64,000 nt of DNA. Source: an uncultured delta proteobacterium. GTDB taxonomy: Bacteria; Bdellovibrionota; FAC87; UBA2466. The notes beneath the pieces were generated by a model. It saw nothing but the letters and a program-made list of their open reading frames with translations. It had not been told where the DNA came from and made no database searches. Location of the stretch: contig CAVZSV010000004.1 of the NCBI GenBank assembly GCA_963778115.1, positions 1,408,001-1,472,000 on the forward strand, in the 5' to 3' direction. Each line of letters opens with the position of its first letter. Positions within the stretch are counted from its first letter, which is position 1. Below are positions 10,274-19,466 of the stretch, in pieces. The position numbers and the translations under genes are program-made.

Positions 10274-13144
10274 TCAAAGAGAACAGCGTCGAAAGGCTTC
10301 CTTTGATTCTTCAAGGTCGGCCTGGAACGAACGCCAATTGAGATTTGCACCGAGCTCGCCGCGAACCTGAAGGGATTGTCCCAGCTCGTGCCAAGCGTTC
10401 TGCTTCCGCGCCCACTGAACACTCTCATCGAGGTAGCGTTTCGCTCGGATAGGACTTCCTAAGTGAGCACTCAAGAGTCCACACTCACGTAAGGCATGCG
10501 GCAGATTATTCGGATAAAGACGTGCCGTCCGGTAGCATGTTTTTACGACTTGCCGCAATTCATCCATCAAACCTGCCGCCAAAGTGGGCTCCCTGATGAT
10601 AACGCTCTCCCAATGCTTTCGGATAGCAGTGGCAAGCCAGGGCCAGAGAGAAAAGACAACCTCTTGGCGAAGGTGCTTCTCTTTTATGATCTTAGCTCCC
10701 AGCCGCAGGGCCTCAATCGCCTTTCCGTAGTCCTGGTTTGCAATGAGAACCCGTCCCTTCGCTTGGTAAAGCACCATCAGTGTCAGCGGAGAGTCTTGCG
10801 TCGCTTTAATCTCATCCTCGATAATGTCGAGGGGGACATGCCCCATACTTGCTTTGGCCCACGCATCCAAACAAAGGCCGATAGTCGGTTGATCGCCCAG
10901 GGCATTGGTGGCTTCATAACCGCACTTCGCCATCTCAACGGCAAGTTTCAGCTGTCCCATTCGATATAGACTCTTCGAGGCAAAAAACCGAGCCACATTG
11001 ACTTGCCACAGATCGCCCGCCTTTTCGAACACCGAAATAGACTCTTGCAAGCGTTCGTTAGCCTGCTGCCAACGAGTGGCACTGTACAACACGATTCCCA
11101 AATAATGCATGCTTTGGGCCTGTCCCCACACGTCCCCATGGGCTTTTCGAATTTCCCAAGATTGCTGGGTGTATTTAATCCCTCGATCGAACATAGGAAT
11201 CATCGTCGTAACTACACCGTGATCGGCATAAAGCTGGGCAAGTGAACTACTGGGCGCATATCTCTCCGCCTCATTGAGCGCTCGAAAATGCACCCAAGCC
11301 GTGGGAATGGCGCTTTGAAACCAGTAAACGTTCGCCAACTTCGAGTAAATTTGAAGGGCGAGTGAGACTCGCCCCCCCTCTGGAATAATCCGTTTCCGCA
11401 AAAATAGCTTTGGAAACCAGGTGTGAAGCATTTGGGTGAATACCTGAAAGACGCAAGCCAAGAAAAAAGTTATTTTCGCCGTTGGGATTCGTCGTCCTAA
11501 ATTTCGTAGAGATTCTTCTAGCGCCGATTTCGCGCCCTGAATATCGCCCTCTTTATGAGCAAGTTCTCCTAATTTTCCGAGTATCTTAGACCGGGACTCG
11601 ACGTCGATCTGGATGGTCATCGCCGCATTAAACTTCTCTCGGGCGGCAAAGTATTTTCCACGGAGCATAAGGACATCGCCCCAACCTTCATAAATTTTCC
11701 GTCTCGTGCTATCACTGGCGGCGTGCGATCCCCGATCAGCCATTGCGTAAAAGCCCTCCGCCACATCGAAAGCATATTGATGGCGAGCCTGTTCAGCGGC
11801 GAGTAACGCATAGGGAAGCCCCTCGACCCATGCCCCTGCCGCATCATAATGATAGGCCAAATCAAACACGGCTCGGTCATTCATCTCTTTTAAGTAATGA
11901 GCGGCATCAAGGTGCAGTTTTTTCTGATCGTCGACAGAGGTCATCTCGAGAAGGGTTTCTCTTAATTTGTCGTGGAAAAATGCGTAGCGAGTATCCGAGA
12001 TCTTGGTAACTATATGGCGCTTGGCGAGCTCATCGAAAGCATGTCTAAATTGATCCAGGTCGCGGAATACTTCATTGTGAGTGAGGTGTCGCACCGCGGT
12101 CAGATCGAACTCTTTCCCGAGTGAAGCCGCGACGGAGAGTATTGCCAAAGTCTTTTCGGGCAGAGATCGCAGCCGGGATCCTAAAAGAGCGGCCGCGCGA
12201 TCGGAGGCCAGATGACTTTCCATCGCCGACGCATCGATCTCCCAGTTCCCTTTGGAGTGGACCAAGGCGCCCGTTTCGATCATCCCCCATAGAAGGCTGG
12301 ACGCCATGAGGGGGTTACCATCGGCCAAACGAACGATCGTAAACATGGCTTCATCGGGAACATTTCCCGCCATACTCTCCACCAGCTGACGAACTTGAGG
12401 TCCGCGAAATGGCCATAACGTAAGAGAGAGCTGTGACCTCGATCGCCTTAAAAGAAAATCCTCCTTCACATCCTCGGATCGGTAGCACGCGACGATCATC
12501 ACGTGACATCCCCAACGTTCCCTCTCTCGAGTTTGAGCCGTCTGCCATTCTTGTAGAAGTTTTAGAGTCGATTCATCGACCCAATGACAGTCGTCCAAGA
12601 GAATCAAAGCCGGTTCGTGTGAACTGCCCAAAGCACTCAAAAAAGCTGCGAGCGCTTTGACAGTACGATTTTCTCCATAGGTCTCCGGCCCCACAGAGAG
12701 AGAAGCCCCGGTATCGAAGAGCCATCCCAACTGAGGCAACGCTTCACACAGCGCGGGAGCGACTTCCTGCAAGCAAACGCGTAGTCGGTTAGACCACTGA
12801 TAGTCTCCTGTACTCTTAGACAGAACGCTAGCCACGAGACTTTCCAAAAGTTGATAAGGGCGATGATTCTTACGAGCGATCGCATTTCCCTGCAGAACGC
12901 GAAAATTCTGTTCGGATGCACGTAAAGAAATCTGTTCGATCAACTTACTTTTTCCAACACCCGACGGCCCTTCAATTAAAACTAGTCCCCCGGCCCCATT
13001 CTTGGTACGACCCAGTTCCGCGTCTAGCGCCTGTAACTCCTTCTCCCGGCCCAAAAACTCGGGCGGTTTGATAAGAGATGGCTCTGAAATCCCTTCAATG
13101 ACGTCGGATTCAAAGATTCTTTTAGCTTGATGAGATGATGGCAT
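10274..13144 (-). CDS. STAND-like AAA+ ATPase (AAA_16 type) with TPR-like helical C-terminus
   Basis: FLGREKEL, Walker A GPSGVGKS, Walker B LILLDDCHW, DGNPL, FFHDKLRE, then TPR-like repeats. Confidence 0.85.
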   Translation of the reverse strand: MPSSHQAKRIFESDVIEGISEPSLIKPPEFLGREKELQALDAELGRTKNGAGGLVLIEGPSGVGKSKLIEQISLRASEQNFRVLQGNAIARKNHRPYQLLESLVASVLSKSTGDYQWSNRLRVCLQEVAPALCEALPQLGWLFDTGASLSVGPETYGENRTVKALAAFLSALGSSHEPALILLDDCHWVDESTLKLLQEWQTAQTRERERWGCHVMIVACYRSEDVKEDFLLRRSRSQLSLTLWPFRGPQVRQLVESMAGNVPDEAMFTIVRLADGNPLMASSLLWGMIETGALVHSKGNWEIDASAMESHLASDRAAALLGSRLRSLPEKTLAILSVAASLGKEFDLTAVRHLTHNEVFRDLDQFRHAFDELAKRHIVTKISDTRYAFFHDKLRETLLEMTSVDDQKKLHLDAAHYLKEMNDRAVFDLAYHYDAAGAWVEGLPYALLAAEQARHQYAFDVAEGFYAMADRGSHAASDSTRRKIYEGWGDVLMLRGKYFAAREKFNAAMTIQIDVESRSKILGKLGELAHKEGDIQGAKSALEESLRNLGRRIPTAKITFFLACVFQVFTQMLHTWFPKLFLRKRIIPEGGRVSLALQIYSKLANVYWFQSAIPTAWVHFRALNEAERYAPSSSLAQLYADHGVVTTMIPMFDRGIKYTQQSWEIRKAHGDVWGQAQSMHYLGIVLYSATRWQQANERLQESISVFEKAGDLWQVNVARFFASKSLYRMGQLKLAVEMAKCGYEATNALGDQPTIGLCLDAWAKASMGHVPLDIIEDEIKATQDSPLTLMVLYQAKGRVLIANQDYGKAIEALRLGAKIIKEKHLRQEVVFSLWPWLATAIRKHWESVIIREPTLAAGLMDELRQVVKTCYRTARLYPNNLPHALRECGLLSAHLGSPIRAKRYLDESVQWARKQNAWHELGQSLQVRGELGANLNWRSFQADLEESKEAFRRCSL

Positions 13145-13219
13145 AGATCGCCATACTCTTCGGCATTCTCGAAGCTAGAGCAAACAACGCAAAGCGCCAT
13201 TATGACTCTTCGACTTTGG

Positions 13220-13286
13220 AGGTGCCCGTCGACTTTTAGGACCTTCTTCACCTCTTAAGGTCCCGAAAGTCGACGGGCACCTTTTT
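13220..13286. repeat. Palindromic repeat type A, copy 1
   Basis: AGGTGCCCGTCGACTTT...CTTCACCTCTT...AAAGTCGACGGGCACCTTTTT; perfect 17-bp terminal stem, extendable. Confidence 0.9.
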
Positions 13287-13382
13287 CCCCTAATATCCCC
13301 CCTAGACACCTGTTAAACCAAGTTACGTCACTTGTTTAAGGTTTGTCCGCCCTAATTCGATGAGTCTTTAGGGGGAAAGAAC

Positions 13383-14312
13383 ATGAAGATTATAGTGATC
13401 GCCATTATCGGGTTTATCGGTTTTACGGCGCAGGCCGTACCACTCATTAAAACGTACAAGACCAGGACATATACCATGGCGCGAATGAAGGGATTACGCC
13501 GCACTGCGCGGACCAGAGACTTTATGGACCAAGCGCCGAAGACTTCCTTTACGAGCGTAAATACCCTCATCCCTGGAGCCACCGATATCTCCTACCTCGT
13601 TAGTCTTCCAGAAAACCAGGGCAGCTGCGGTTCTTGTTGGGATTTCTCTCTTACTAAAGCGCTTCGTTCGGCCTTCATGACTCAGGGGCAAGACCCAGGC
13701 GTTCTCGCATTCAATTATCTTTTATACAACTGTGGGAATGGTCCGAGTCAAAACGGTTGCGGAGGAGGCGATTTTGATGCCGCCGGCCAGTTTGAAAATA
13801 ACCAAGGACCCTGGCTCGAATCACAAGACCCGTATCAATCTAGTCGGAACTGCAAAGACTTACCCGCTGTCGCCACAGCGATTTCATACACGATGCTTGG
13901 AAGCACGAATTCTAGTCCCACGTTTAAAGATCTCGCTTATGCGGTAGGCGTGCAATCTCTAATGGTGTCGATCGATACCGCAACGAGCGGCGATTGGTCC
14001 GATTACGACTCCGGTATTTATAATGACTGTGAAGGTGGCCCTAACCAAATCGATCACATGATCGATCTCGTCGGATATAACTGCCAAACCTCCGTGGATG
14101 CCCAGGGCATGTGCGTCTTCGATGATCAGGGTAAGCCGGTTAATGGAGACGGTTATCTGCTCACCGAAAATAATTGGGGCGAGCACTGGGGGACTAAGGC
14201 GGCCAACGGACATGGCGGCTATATGCAGACCCGAATGTATGATTCCAATGGCGACCATTGCAATGCCGTCGCAACCAATGCACTGATCTATACTGTTCCC
14301 CCGCACATGTAG
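13383..14312 (+). CDS. Secreted papain-like cysteine peptidase (C1A family)
   Basis: Signal peptide; QGSCGSCW (catalytic Cys), GCGGG, DHMIDLVGY (His), ENNWG (Asn). Confidence 0.88.
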   Translation: MKIIVIAIIGFIGFTAQAVPLIKTYKTRTYTMARMKGLRRTARTRDFMDQAPKTSFTSVNTLIPGATDISYLVSLPENQGSCGSCWDFSLTKALRSAFMTQGQDPGVLAFNYLLYNCGNGPSQNGCGGGDFDAAGQFENNQGPWLESQDPYQSSRNCKDLPAVATAISYTMLGSTNSSPTFKDLAYAVGVQSLMVSIDTATSGDWSDYDSGIYNDCEGGPNQIDHMIDLVGYNCQTSVDAQGMCVFDDQGKPVNGDGYLLTENNWGEHWGTKAANGHGGYMQTRMYDSNGDHCNAVATNALIYTVPPHM

Positions 14313-14339
14313 TTGAAATTCTGGATATCTAATAGCCTC

Positions 14340-14466
14340 AAAAGGTGCCCGTCGACTTTTAGGACCCTGCTTCACCTCTTAGGTCCCGAAAGTCGACGGG
14401 CACCTTTTTTCTTAGGTCCCGAAAGTCGACGGGCACCTTTTTTGCCTTTTTTGGCACCTTTTTTTT
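14340..14466. repeat. Palindromic repeat type A, copy 2, with tandem duplication of the right half and reiterated GCACCTTTT tails
   Basis: Full unit 14340-14410, then CTTAGGTCCCGAAAGTCGACGGGCACCTTTTTT again (14411-14443), then GCCTTTTTTGGCACCTTTT. Confidence 0.9.
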
Positions 14467-14503
14467 CCCTTTTTCCCTTTTCCGTTAGGGTGCGGGAGGT
14501 GGC

Positions 14504-14531
14504 GGCCCAAACGGAGAGTGACACCTTTTTT
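14504..14531. repeat. Repeat type B half-site
   Basis: GGCCCAAACGGAGAGTGACACCTTT; 24/25 identical to 15305-15329. Confidence 0.85.
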
Positions 14532-14553
14532 CCTTTTTTAATTGAGCCACAAT

Positions 14554-15234
14554 TCAGAAAGGTGATTTACCCATTAGTCCTGTGAAGAAGGTCGTGAGCT
14601 CCACATCAGTCTTCTCCACCAGGCGTTGAACGTGGTTCAGAAAGAAATGTCCCTCAGCTTTTGCAATTGGATGGGGAAGTGCACTTCTATGGGCGATCGC
14701 GCCCCGCATTTCCATCCAATCGTCTAAGGCATTTGTCGCCTGTTTACATGACATTTTTTTCCAGAACCATTTCGTTTGGATGTCCTTAAGACCGATCAAC
14801 TCTGAAAAGAGTTCCCCTACGTTTTGTGATTTTGGTGTGTGGAATTTGTCGAGTTTATCCTTCATGAAATGGGAGCCCTGTGCTGCGAGAACCGACTTCC
14901 AGCCGTCTCCACCAAGTTTCCAGGCGGTCTCCGGTTTTAAAGCTAAGTCGGAATCACCTTGAACCAGTTTTGCCCAAATGTGGTTTTTCAGCTTTTGCGG
15001 GAGATGGTCAGGGGTAGTTGCGTGCTTTGTTAAGAATGAAAAAGCTTCCGTGAGAACATTTTCGACGTATGACTCCCAGCAAGCAGCAACAAAAACGATT
15101 ACCGCTCGATTCAGAACCTCCAATTCAGACGGCCTTTTCCCTTGCCCTGTTCCACCAATCTTGTTGTGGATCTCCCATAGGACTGTAATGTCTTTTTGCT
15201 GATCATCAAAACTGACGCTAGCTTTACTGGGCAT
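14554..15234 (-). CDS. Stand-alone HEPN-domain protein (RiboL-PSP-HEPN-like)
   Basis: LNRAVIVFVAACWESYVE helix, FHTP, RGAIAH (RxxxxH); GGAGG RBS. Confidence 0.8.
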   Translation of the reverse strand: MPSKASVSFDDQQKDITVLWEIHNKIGGTGQGKRPSELEVLNRAVIVFVAACWESYVENVLTEAFSFLTKHATTPDHLPQKLKNHIWAKLVQGDSDLALKPETAWKLGGDGWKSVLAAQGSHFMKDKLDKFHTPKSQNVGELFSELIGLKDIQTKWFWKKMSCKQATNALDDWMEMRGAIAHRSALPHPIAKAEGHFFLNHVQRLVEKTDVELTTFFTGLMGKSPF

Positions 15235-15245
15235 TTTCCCTCCAG

Positions 15246-15329
15246 AAAAGGTGCCACTCTCCTTTGGAACGGGTCATGAACTTAAAGATGACCCGTACCT
15301 TTTGGGCCCAAATGGAGAGTGACACCTTT
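15246..15329. repeat. Repeat type B full palindrome with nested inner hairpin
   Basis: Outer arms AAAGGTGCCACTCTCC / GGAGAGTGACACCTTT; inner arms ACGGGTCAT (15269-15277) / ATGACCCGT (15288-15296). Confidence 0.85.
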
Positions 15330-15420
15330 CACTACCGCCTAACACTGCGTCAAATACCTGAGGTCACTTATCCGTTCTACATCAATTTACTTCTTTCGAT
15401 TCCCTACATAAAATTTATGA

Positions 15421-16617
15421 ATGGATTTGTCCAGTCGTGAGGTCTCATTCTTAACTTTGATATTCCTTGCCTTAATAATTCCGGATTTTACCATCGTGGC
15501 AGAGCACGTACGCCAGAATCCTCTGGCCGCAAAAAACAACCCCGTAAGTTCCCAAATGTTTCCCGTAACCTTTATTGAACCGCAAAACTATCGGGGAGAT
15601 ATCTTCGTCGCTCCCACGATCGGGTTTGCCAAGGCGGCTCTTTCCGAATGCGGAATCGTTCCGCAGGAAGTAGTCGTCGAGAGCCTCGAAGACTTGGATG
15701 CTAAGCTGCGAAAAGCCAAGATCTCTAAGAATAGTCTTATCGTCATTATCGCTCACGGAGAGCAAGACAACTCCGGAGCTTTTAAAACCTTGCTATTTCG
15801 CTCGGCCGTCCCGGGAGAAAAGTTAATTCTGAAAATACGTGAGGCGGTTGAAAACTCGAAGGCAAACATCTGGTATTCCTCCTGCTATTCCGGAGCCTGC
15901 AAATTATCGGAATGTGTTGGCGTTTCGTGCGGGGCGAACCAAGTCACCTCCGCAACCGCTGAATCATGGGTATATTTGTCGGAGATGATTTGCGATTCGG
16001 TGAACGAGAAATGTACGTTATGGCACAAGTACGACCAGGACGGGAATGGAGTGTTGGAAGGAGCCGAGCTTGAAAACTATCTCCTTCATAATGATTGGCC
16101 AAAGTCCTTCTACGCCTTCGAAGGCCCACACACCTCGAAGGAGGAGAATATAGACCAATTAAAGAAGTTTTGTGAAGAAACCGCGAAAGGGAAATTCATT
16201 AACACCGGCAAGACTGAACAGTTTTGGAGGCTACAATATGTCGGGGCCACAGGGAGAACAATAACCAGAGATTTGCTCATTCCCGACCGGCACGGAAACT
16301 ATGTCCCTCACGGCAATAAAGGGGATGTAGAGAAATTCTTGGACTCGATCGATCCCAATTGGAGAAAAGAATGTTCTGGCATCGTAACCAGACTCACCTA
16401 CGGACTCATTTCTATCCCAGAGAAAAGAAGCCACGACCCGGCGAGCAATTGTAGCCTAGAATCGTGGGATACTTTTCCTGAAGTGACTTGCTTGAACGGA
16501 ACTGGGCTTGTCGGTCTACCCCAATTCGTTGGTCTTAGCCCTAAATTATCTCTCCCCGAAGTAAGAGGTTTCTCACTTCAGTCGCAAACCTGTAGGAAGA
16601 AAAAAGACGGCAATTAA
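15421..16617 (+). CDS. Exported clan CD (caspase/legumain-like) cysteine peptidase with EF-hand-like loop
   Basis: N-terminal hydrophobic segment; IVIIAHG...IWYSSCYSG His-Gly/Cys dyad pattern; DQDGNGVLEGAEL. Confidence 0.6.
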   Translation: MDLSSREVSFLTLIFLALIIPDFTIVAEHVRQNPLAAKNNPVSSQMFPVTFIEPQNYRGDIFVAPTIGFAKAALSECGIVPQEVVVESLEDLDAKLRKAKISKNSLIVIIAHGEQDNSGAFKTLLFRSAVPGEKLILKIREAVENSKANIWYSSCYSGACKLSECVGVSCGANQVTSATAESWVYLSEMICDSVNEKCTLWHKYDQDGNGVLEGAELENYLLHNDWPKSFYAFEGPHTSKEENIDQLKKFCEETAKGKFINTGKTEQFWRLQYVGATGRTITRDLLIPDRHGNYVPHGNKGDVEKFLDSIDPNWRKECSGIVTRLTYGLISIPEKRSHDPASNCSLESWDTFPEVTCLNGTGLVGLPQFVGLSPKLSLPEVRGFSLQSQTCRKKKDGN

Positions 16618-16634
16618 GGCAGGAAAGAGTGCAG

Positions 16635-16699
16635 AAAAAGGTGTAAAAAAGGTAGCGAGTGCGTGTTTTCGTTGGGTCAGAGACACCTGGCACCTTTTT
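16635..16699. repeat. Degenerate member of the AAAGGT...ACCTTT repeat family
   Basis: AAAAAGGTGTAAAAAAGGTAG...GACACCTGGCACCTTTTT. Confidence 0.6.
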
Positions 16700-16853
16700 A
16701 GCCCCATGGGATTGCTTCATGTTTTTCTGGAGTTACCCACGCGAATGCATGGGGCACTCCCTTGTGAGGCCATTCGAATAGCCGACCGATACATATTTCC
16801 ACCACACTGCTGCGCTACCCTTAAGCAGCTATTCAATTGAGTGAGGGACGTAA

Positions 16854-19097
16854 GTGGTGGAAAATCAACGATACCCAAGGGTTCGCCTTTCTTTTTTTGG
16901 AGTTATTCTCGGGGGTACTCTCCTTTCGATTTCAGCCTATGGAAATATCCTGGGAGGAACTCCGGTAACATCCAGTGACGTGAATTCCGAGTGGGTAGGC
17001 TTCTTGTCGAATTCTCCGGATGAATATCAATTTTGTTCGGGAACACTCATTAGTCCCTGCGCCGTCCTCACCGCAAGGCACTGCCTCCACGCGAGCGGTA
17101 ACTTCACTCTTCTGAACACGGCGAGTTATTCGACAGACCCTAGTAATACCCAATTTCCTCCGGACAACGGAGATCTGGCGATTCTGCGGCTCACAAATCC
17201 AGTCCCCCTTGTGGATGGCGCGGCACCTTCTTTAGCTAACGAAGTTCCGGAACTCAGTGATAACGTGAATGTCTATGGATGGAGCAGGAACGGGGGCTCC
17301 ACTAGGCTACTCAGAAGCGGAACGTTACTGTTCAACGGATTGTCGCAGGACGACCATACTCCCGCGGGTTTCACAGGAAACTATTTGTTCTCAGTTCTCT
17401 TTTCTTCTACAGGTCAAAATTCCCTCTGTGGCGGAGATAGTGGAGGGCCTACCTTTGATTCGGCGGGGCAGATCGTAGGAGTTCATTCACGAGGCGACAT
17501 GCCGCTAGTAACCGCAGTATGTTATGCCGACTTCTCATTCTCATCAAAGCCTTCTCCGTCTTCCGTGGCACAACAAGCGCTTCCCCACTGCACGGAAAAC
17601 TTTGTTCCCTATGCGATTAATACTAGTGACGGGTATACCAGAGACGGCTGTGTTGACACGAGAAGTTTAAATGGGGCGGGGGCTGGCGTTGCACGATGGT
17701 ATTACTTAACCCCAAGTCCCGCCACCTGCTCGTCACTAACTCCCAAAGCTATTCCTTCCTTGAGATTAAAAGCGATGTCTCAAACTCAATTGGTCAGTTT
17801 GGCTCAAGACAACGTGGCTAAGGAAAAACTGTGGTTGCTTCATCAAGTTAAGGGAACGGGGGAACCGCTCACCATTTACGATTTGACCCTCTATGATACT
17901 ACCAAAACCCTTCTTAACGATTCGCCCGCCGTCTCTTTGAAAGATGGTTCCATCGTGAGTTCTGCGAATGTTTATAATAATACCAAGAACTGTCATCTTT
18001 CCGCGGTTTCAGAAGATGTTCCCGTCCCCGAATACCAGTCTTGGATTTCCTCCACGCTCCTATCCCCCAAATTCAATCAATGTAAGAATTTAACGCTAAC
18101 GTGCAGCGCGACTACTTCGCCAAGTACGATCGCACTCAATGGTGCCAGCACAATTACGGTAACCCCCTCCTCAAATTTTTCTTCGGGGGCGCGTTTCACT
18201 CTCGGAACTGGCTCTTCATCCGTTTCGACTTTTGGCAATGGACAAGGTTTGGGCATATTCAATGTGGCGCCAAACGTAACGACCACTTATCCGATAATCG
18301 TCGATGATGTCCGGGGAGGATTAGGCTCTGCAAAATGCTCAGTACAAGTTACGGTAACGCAACCCACTCCGAGCCCGACTCCGACTCCAACTCCAGTGAC
18401 GACTACGCCACCGAGTTGTAGCTTCAGTGTTCCGACGATCGTTCCCGGTGGCCAAACCAGTTTTGCGTGGACGGTGGGAGCGAAGGGGCCTACGGGATTC
18501 TATGCCTTGATGAGTGCTGGAAAACTTGTTTCTCAAAATACTAACGCCAACACCACGGTACCCTTCAGCCAGAATTTGTCTCCGGGAAGCTACACTTATT
18601 ATGGCTATGGAAATCTACTTGCGATTAATGTTCTAACTCTAATGTCAAATCCCAACGCAATACCGCCCCTCTGTACGGTTCAATTTACCGTGCCCGCTGC
18701 GACTCCAAGTGCCCTCTTTCAAGTTCATGCGTCGATTGGGGGAATGGGAACGATAGTGAGTACTACGGCTAGTACGGGGGGATACCTCAATTCTAGTGAG
18801 CAACGCTACGATCTGTACTCGATTCCTTCGGGCAGTCCATCTATTACCGTCACAGCAACTCCCGCCTCAGGTTGGACGTTTAGTGGGTGGAGTGGTTGCC
18901 CGTCGATATCGGCAAACGCGTGCACCATCCCGTTTGTGATCACCGGAGCTCCGAGCCAGTCTTTTGTCATTAGTGTTAATGCAAGCTTTACTCAGCTCGC
19001 TACGCCGTCTCCGACGCCCGCACCGACTCCGACACCGACTCCCTCCCCGACATCGGCTCCAATCGTGAATCCGAGCCCGCAGCCCAGTCCGCACTAA
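16854..19097 (+). CDS. Secreted S1 (trypsin-fold) serine protease with Ig-like/InlB-B-repeat-like domains and Pro-Thr linkers
   Basis: ILGG, CSGTLI, LTARHC, DLAIL, GDSGGP; TATPASGWTFSGWSGC; PTPSPTPTP repeats. Confidence 0.85.
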   Translation: MVENQRYPRVRLSFFGVILGGTLLSISAYGNILGGTPVTSSDVNSEWVGFLSNSPDEYQFCSGTLISPCAVLTARHCLHASGNFTLLNTASYSTDPSNTQFPPDNGDLAILRLTNPVPLVDGAAPSLANEVPELSDNVNVYGWSRNGGSTRLLRSGTLLFNGLSQDDHTPAGFTGNYLFSVLFSSTGQNSLCGGDSGGPTFDSAGQIVGVHSRGDMPLVTAVCYADFSFSSKPSPSSVAQQALPHCTENFVPYAINTSDGYTRDGCVDTRSLNGAGAGVARWYYLTPSPATCSSLTPKAIPSLRLKAMSQTQLVSLAQDNVAKEKLWLLHQVKGTGEPLTIYDLTLYDTTKTLLNDSPAVSLKDGSIVSSANVYNNTKNCHLSAVSEDVPVPEYQSWISSTLLSPKFNQCKNLTLTCSATTSPSTIALNGASTITVTPSSNFSSGARFTLGTGSSSVSTFGNGQGLGIFNVAPNVTTTYPIIVDDVRGGLGSAKCSVQVTVTQPTPSPTPTPTPVTTTPPSCSFSVPTIVPGGQTSFAWTVGAKGPTGFYALMSAGKLVSQNTNANTTVPFSQNLSPGSYTYYGYGNLLAINVLTLMSNPNAIPPLCTVQFTVPAATPSALFQVHASIGGMGTIVSTTASTGGYLNSSEQRYDLYSIPSGSPSITVTATPASGWTFSGWSGCPSISANACTIPFVITGAPSQSFVISVNASFTQLATPSPTPAPTPTPTPSPTSAPIVNPSPQPSPH

Positions 19098-19176
19098 GGG
19101 ATCCAGAGGCGGGCAGCGAAATTTCCAAGTTAGATGGGCGGTCGCTTCGGCAACCCCTGTTCCCTCAGTACTCCTG

Positions 19177-19203
19177 AAAAAAGGTGTCACTCTCCTTTTG
19201 GGC
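19177..19203. repeat. Repeat type B half-site (inverted relative to 14504)
   Basis: AAAAAAGGTGTCACTCTCCTTTTGGGC is the near reverse complement of GCCCAAAnGGAGAGTGACACCTTT. Confidence 0.85.
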
Positions 19204-19273
19204 TAGGGATCATACATATCTTTTCTTGCCTTTCTCTGTGAAATTTGATCAATCATTTAGATGAGTAATACTC

Positions 19274-19456
19274 TTGAACCTAAGTTTTTTTTCGTCCATG
19301 TCGAATCAGTTCGCTGGGGTTAATTTTGGCGATCTGCGACTCACCCGGAGGTTAATGGACATGTCTGACGGTATCGCCCAAGATCCTAAAGAGACCTTAC
19401 TCAAGATTTTAGGAGAAGGAGCTGGATCGGAAGCAATGCCGTTAGCATCCTGTTAG
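19274..19456 (+). pseudogene. IS4-family (IS50/Tn5-like) transposase N-terminal remnant
   Basis: QFAGVNFGDLRLTRRL...IAQDP matches the Tn5-type DNA-binding motif F...LGD.R...RL. No DDE domain follows. Confidence 0.65.
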
Positions 19457-19466
19457 GAAACTAGCG

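Noticed and set aside
14313..14585. ORFs 13024-13251, 14313-14585, 27530-27853 and the N-termini of 20878-21816 and 21599-25030
   Set aside because: They are translations of the palindromic repeats (KVPVDF, GPESRRAPF), not independent genes.
19000..19095. Short tandem DNA repeats (CCGACn) here and at 18360-18395
   Set aside because: They are explained by Pro-Thr/Ser linker codons.
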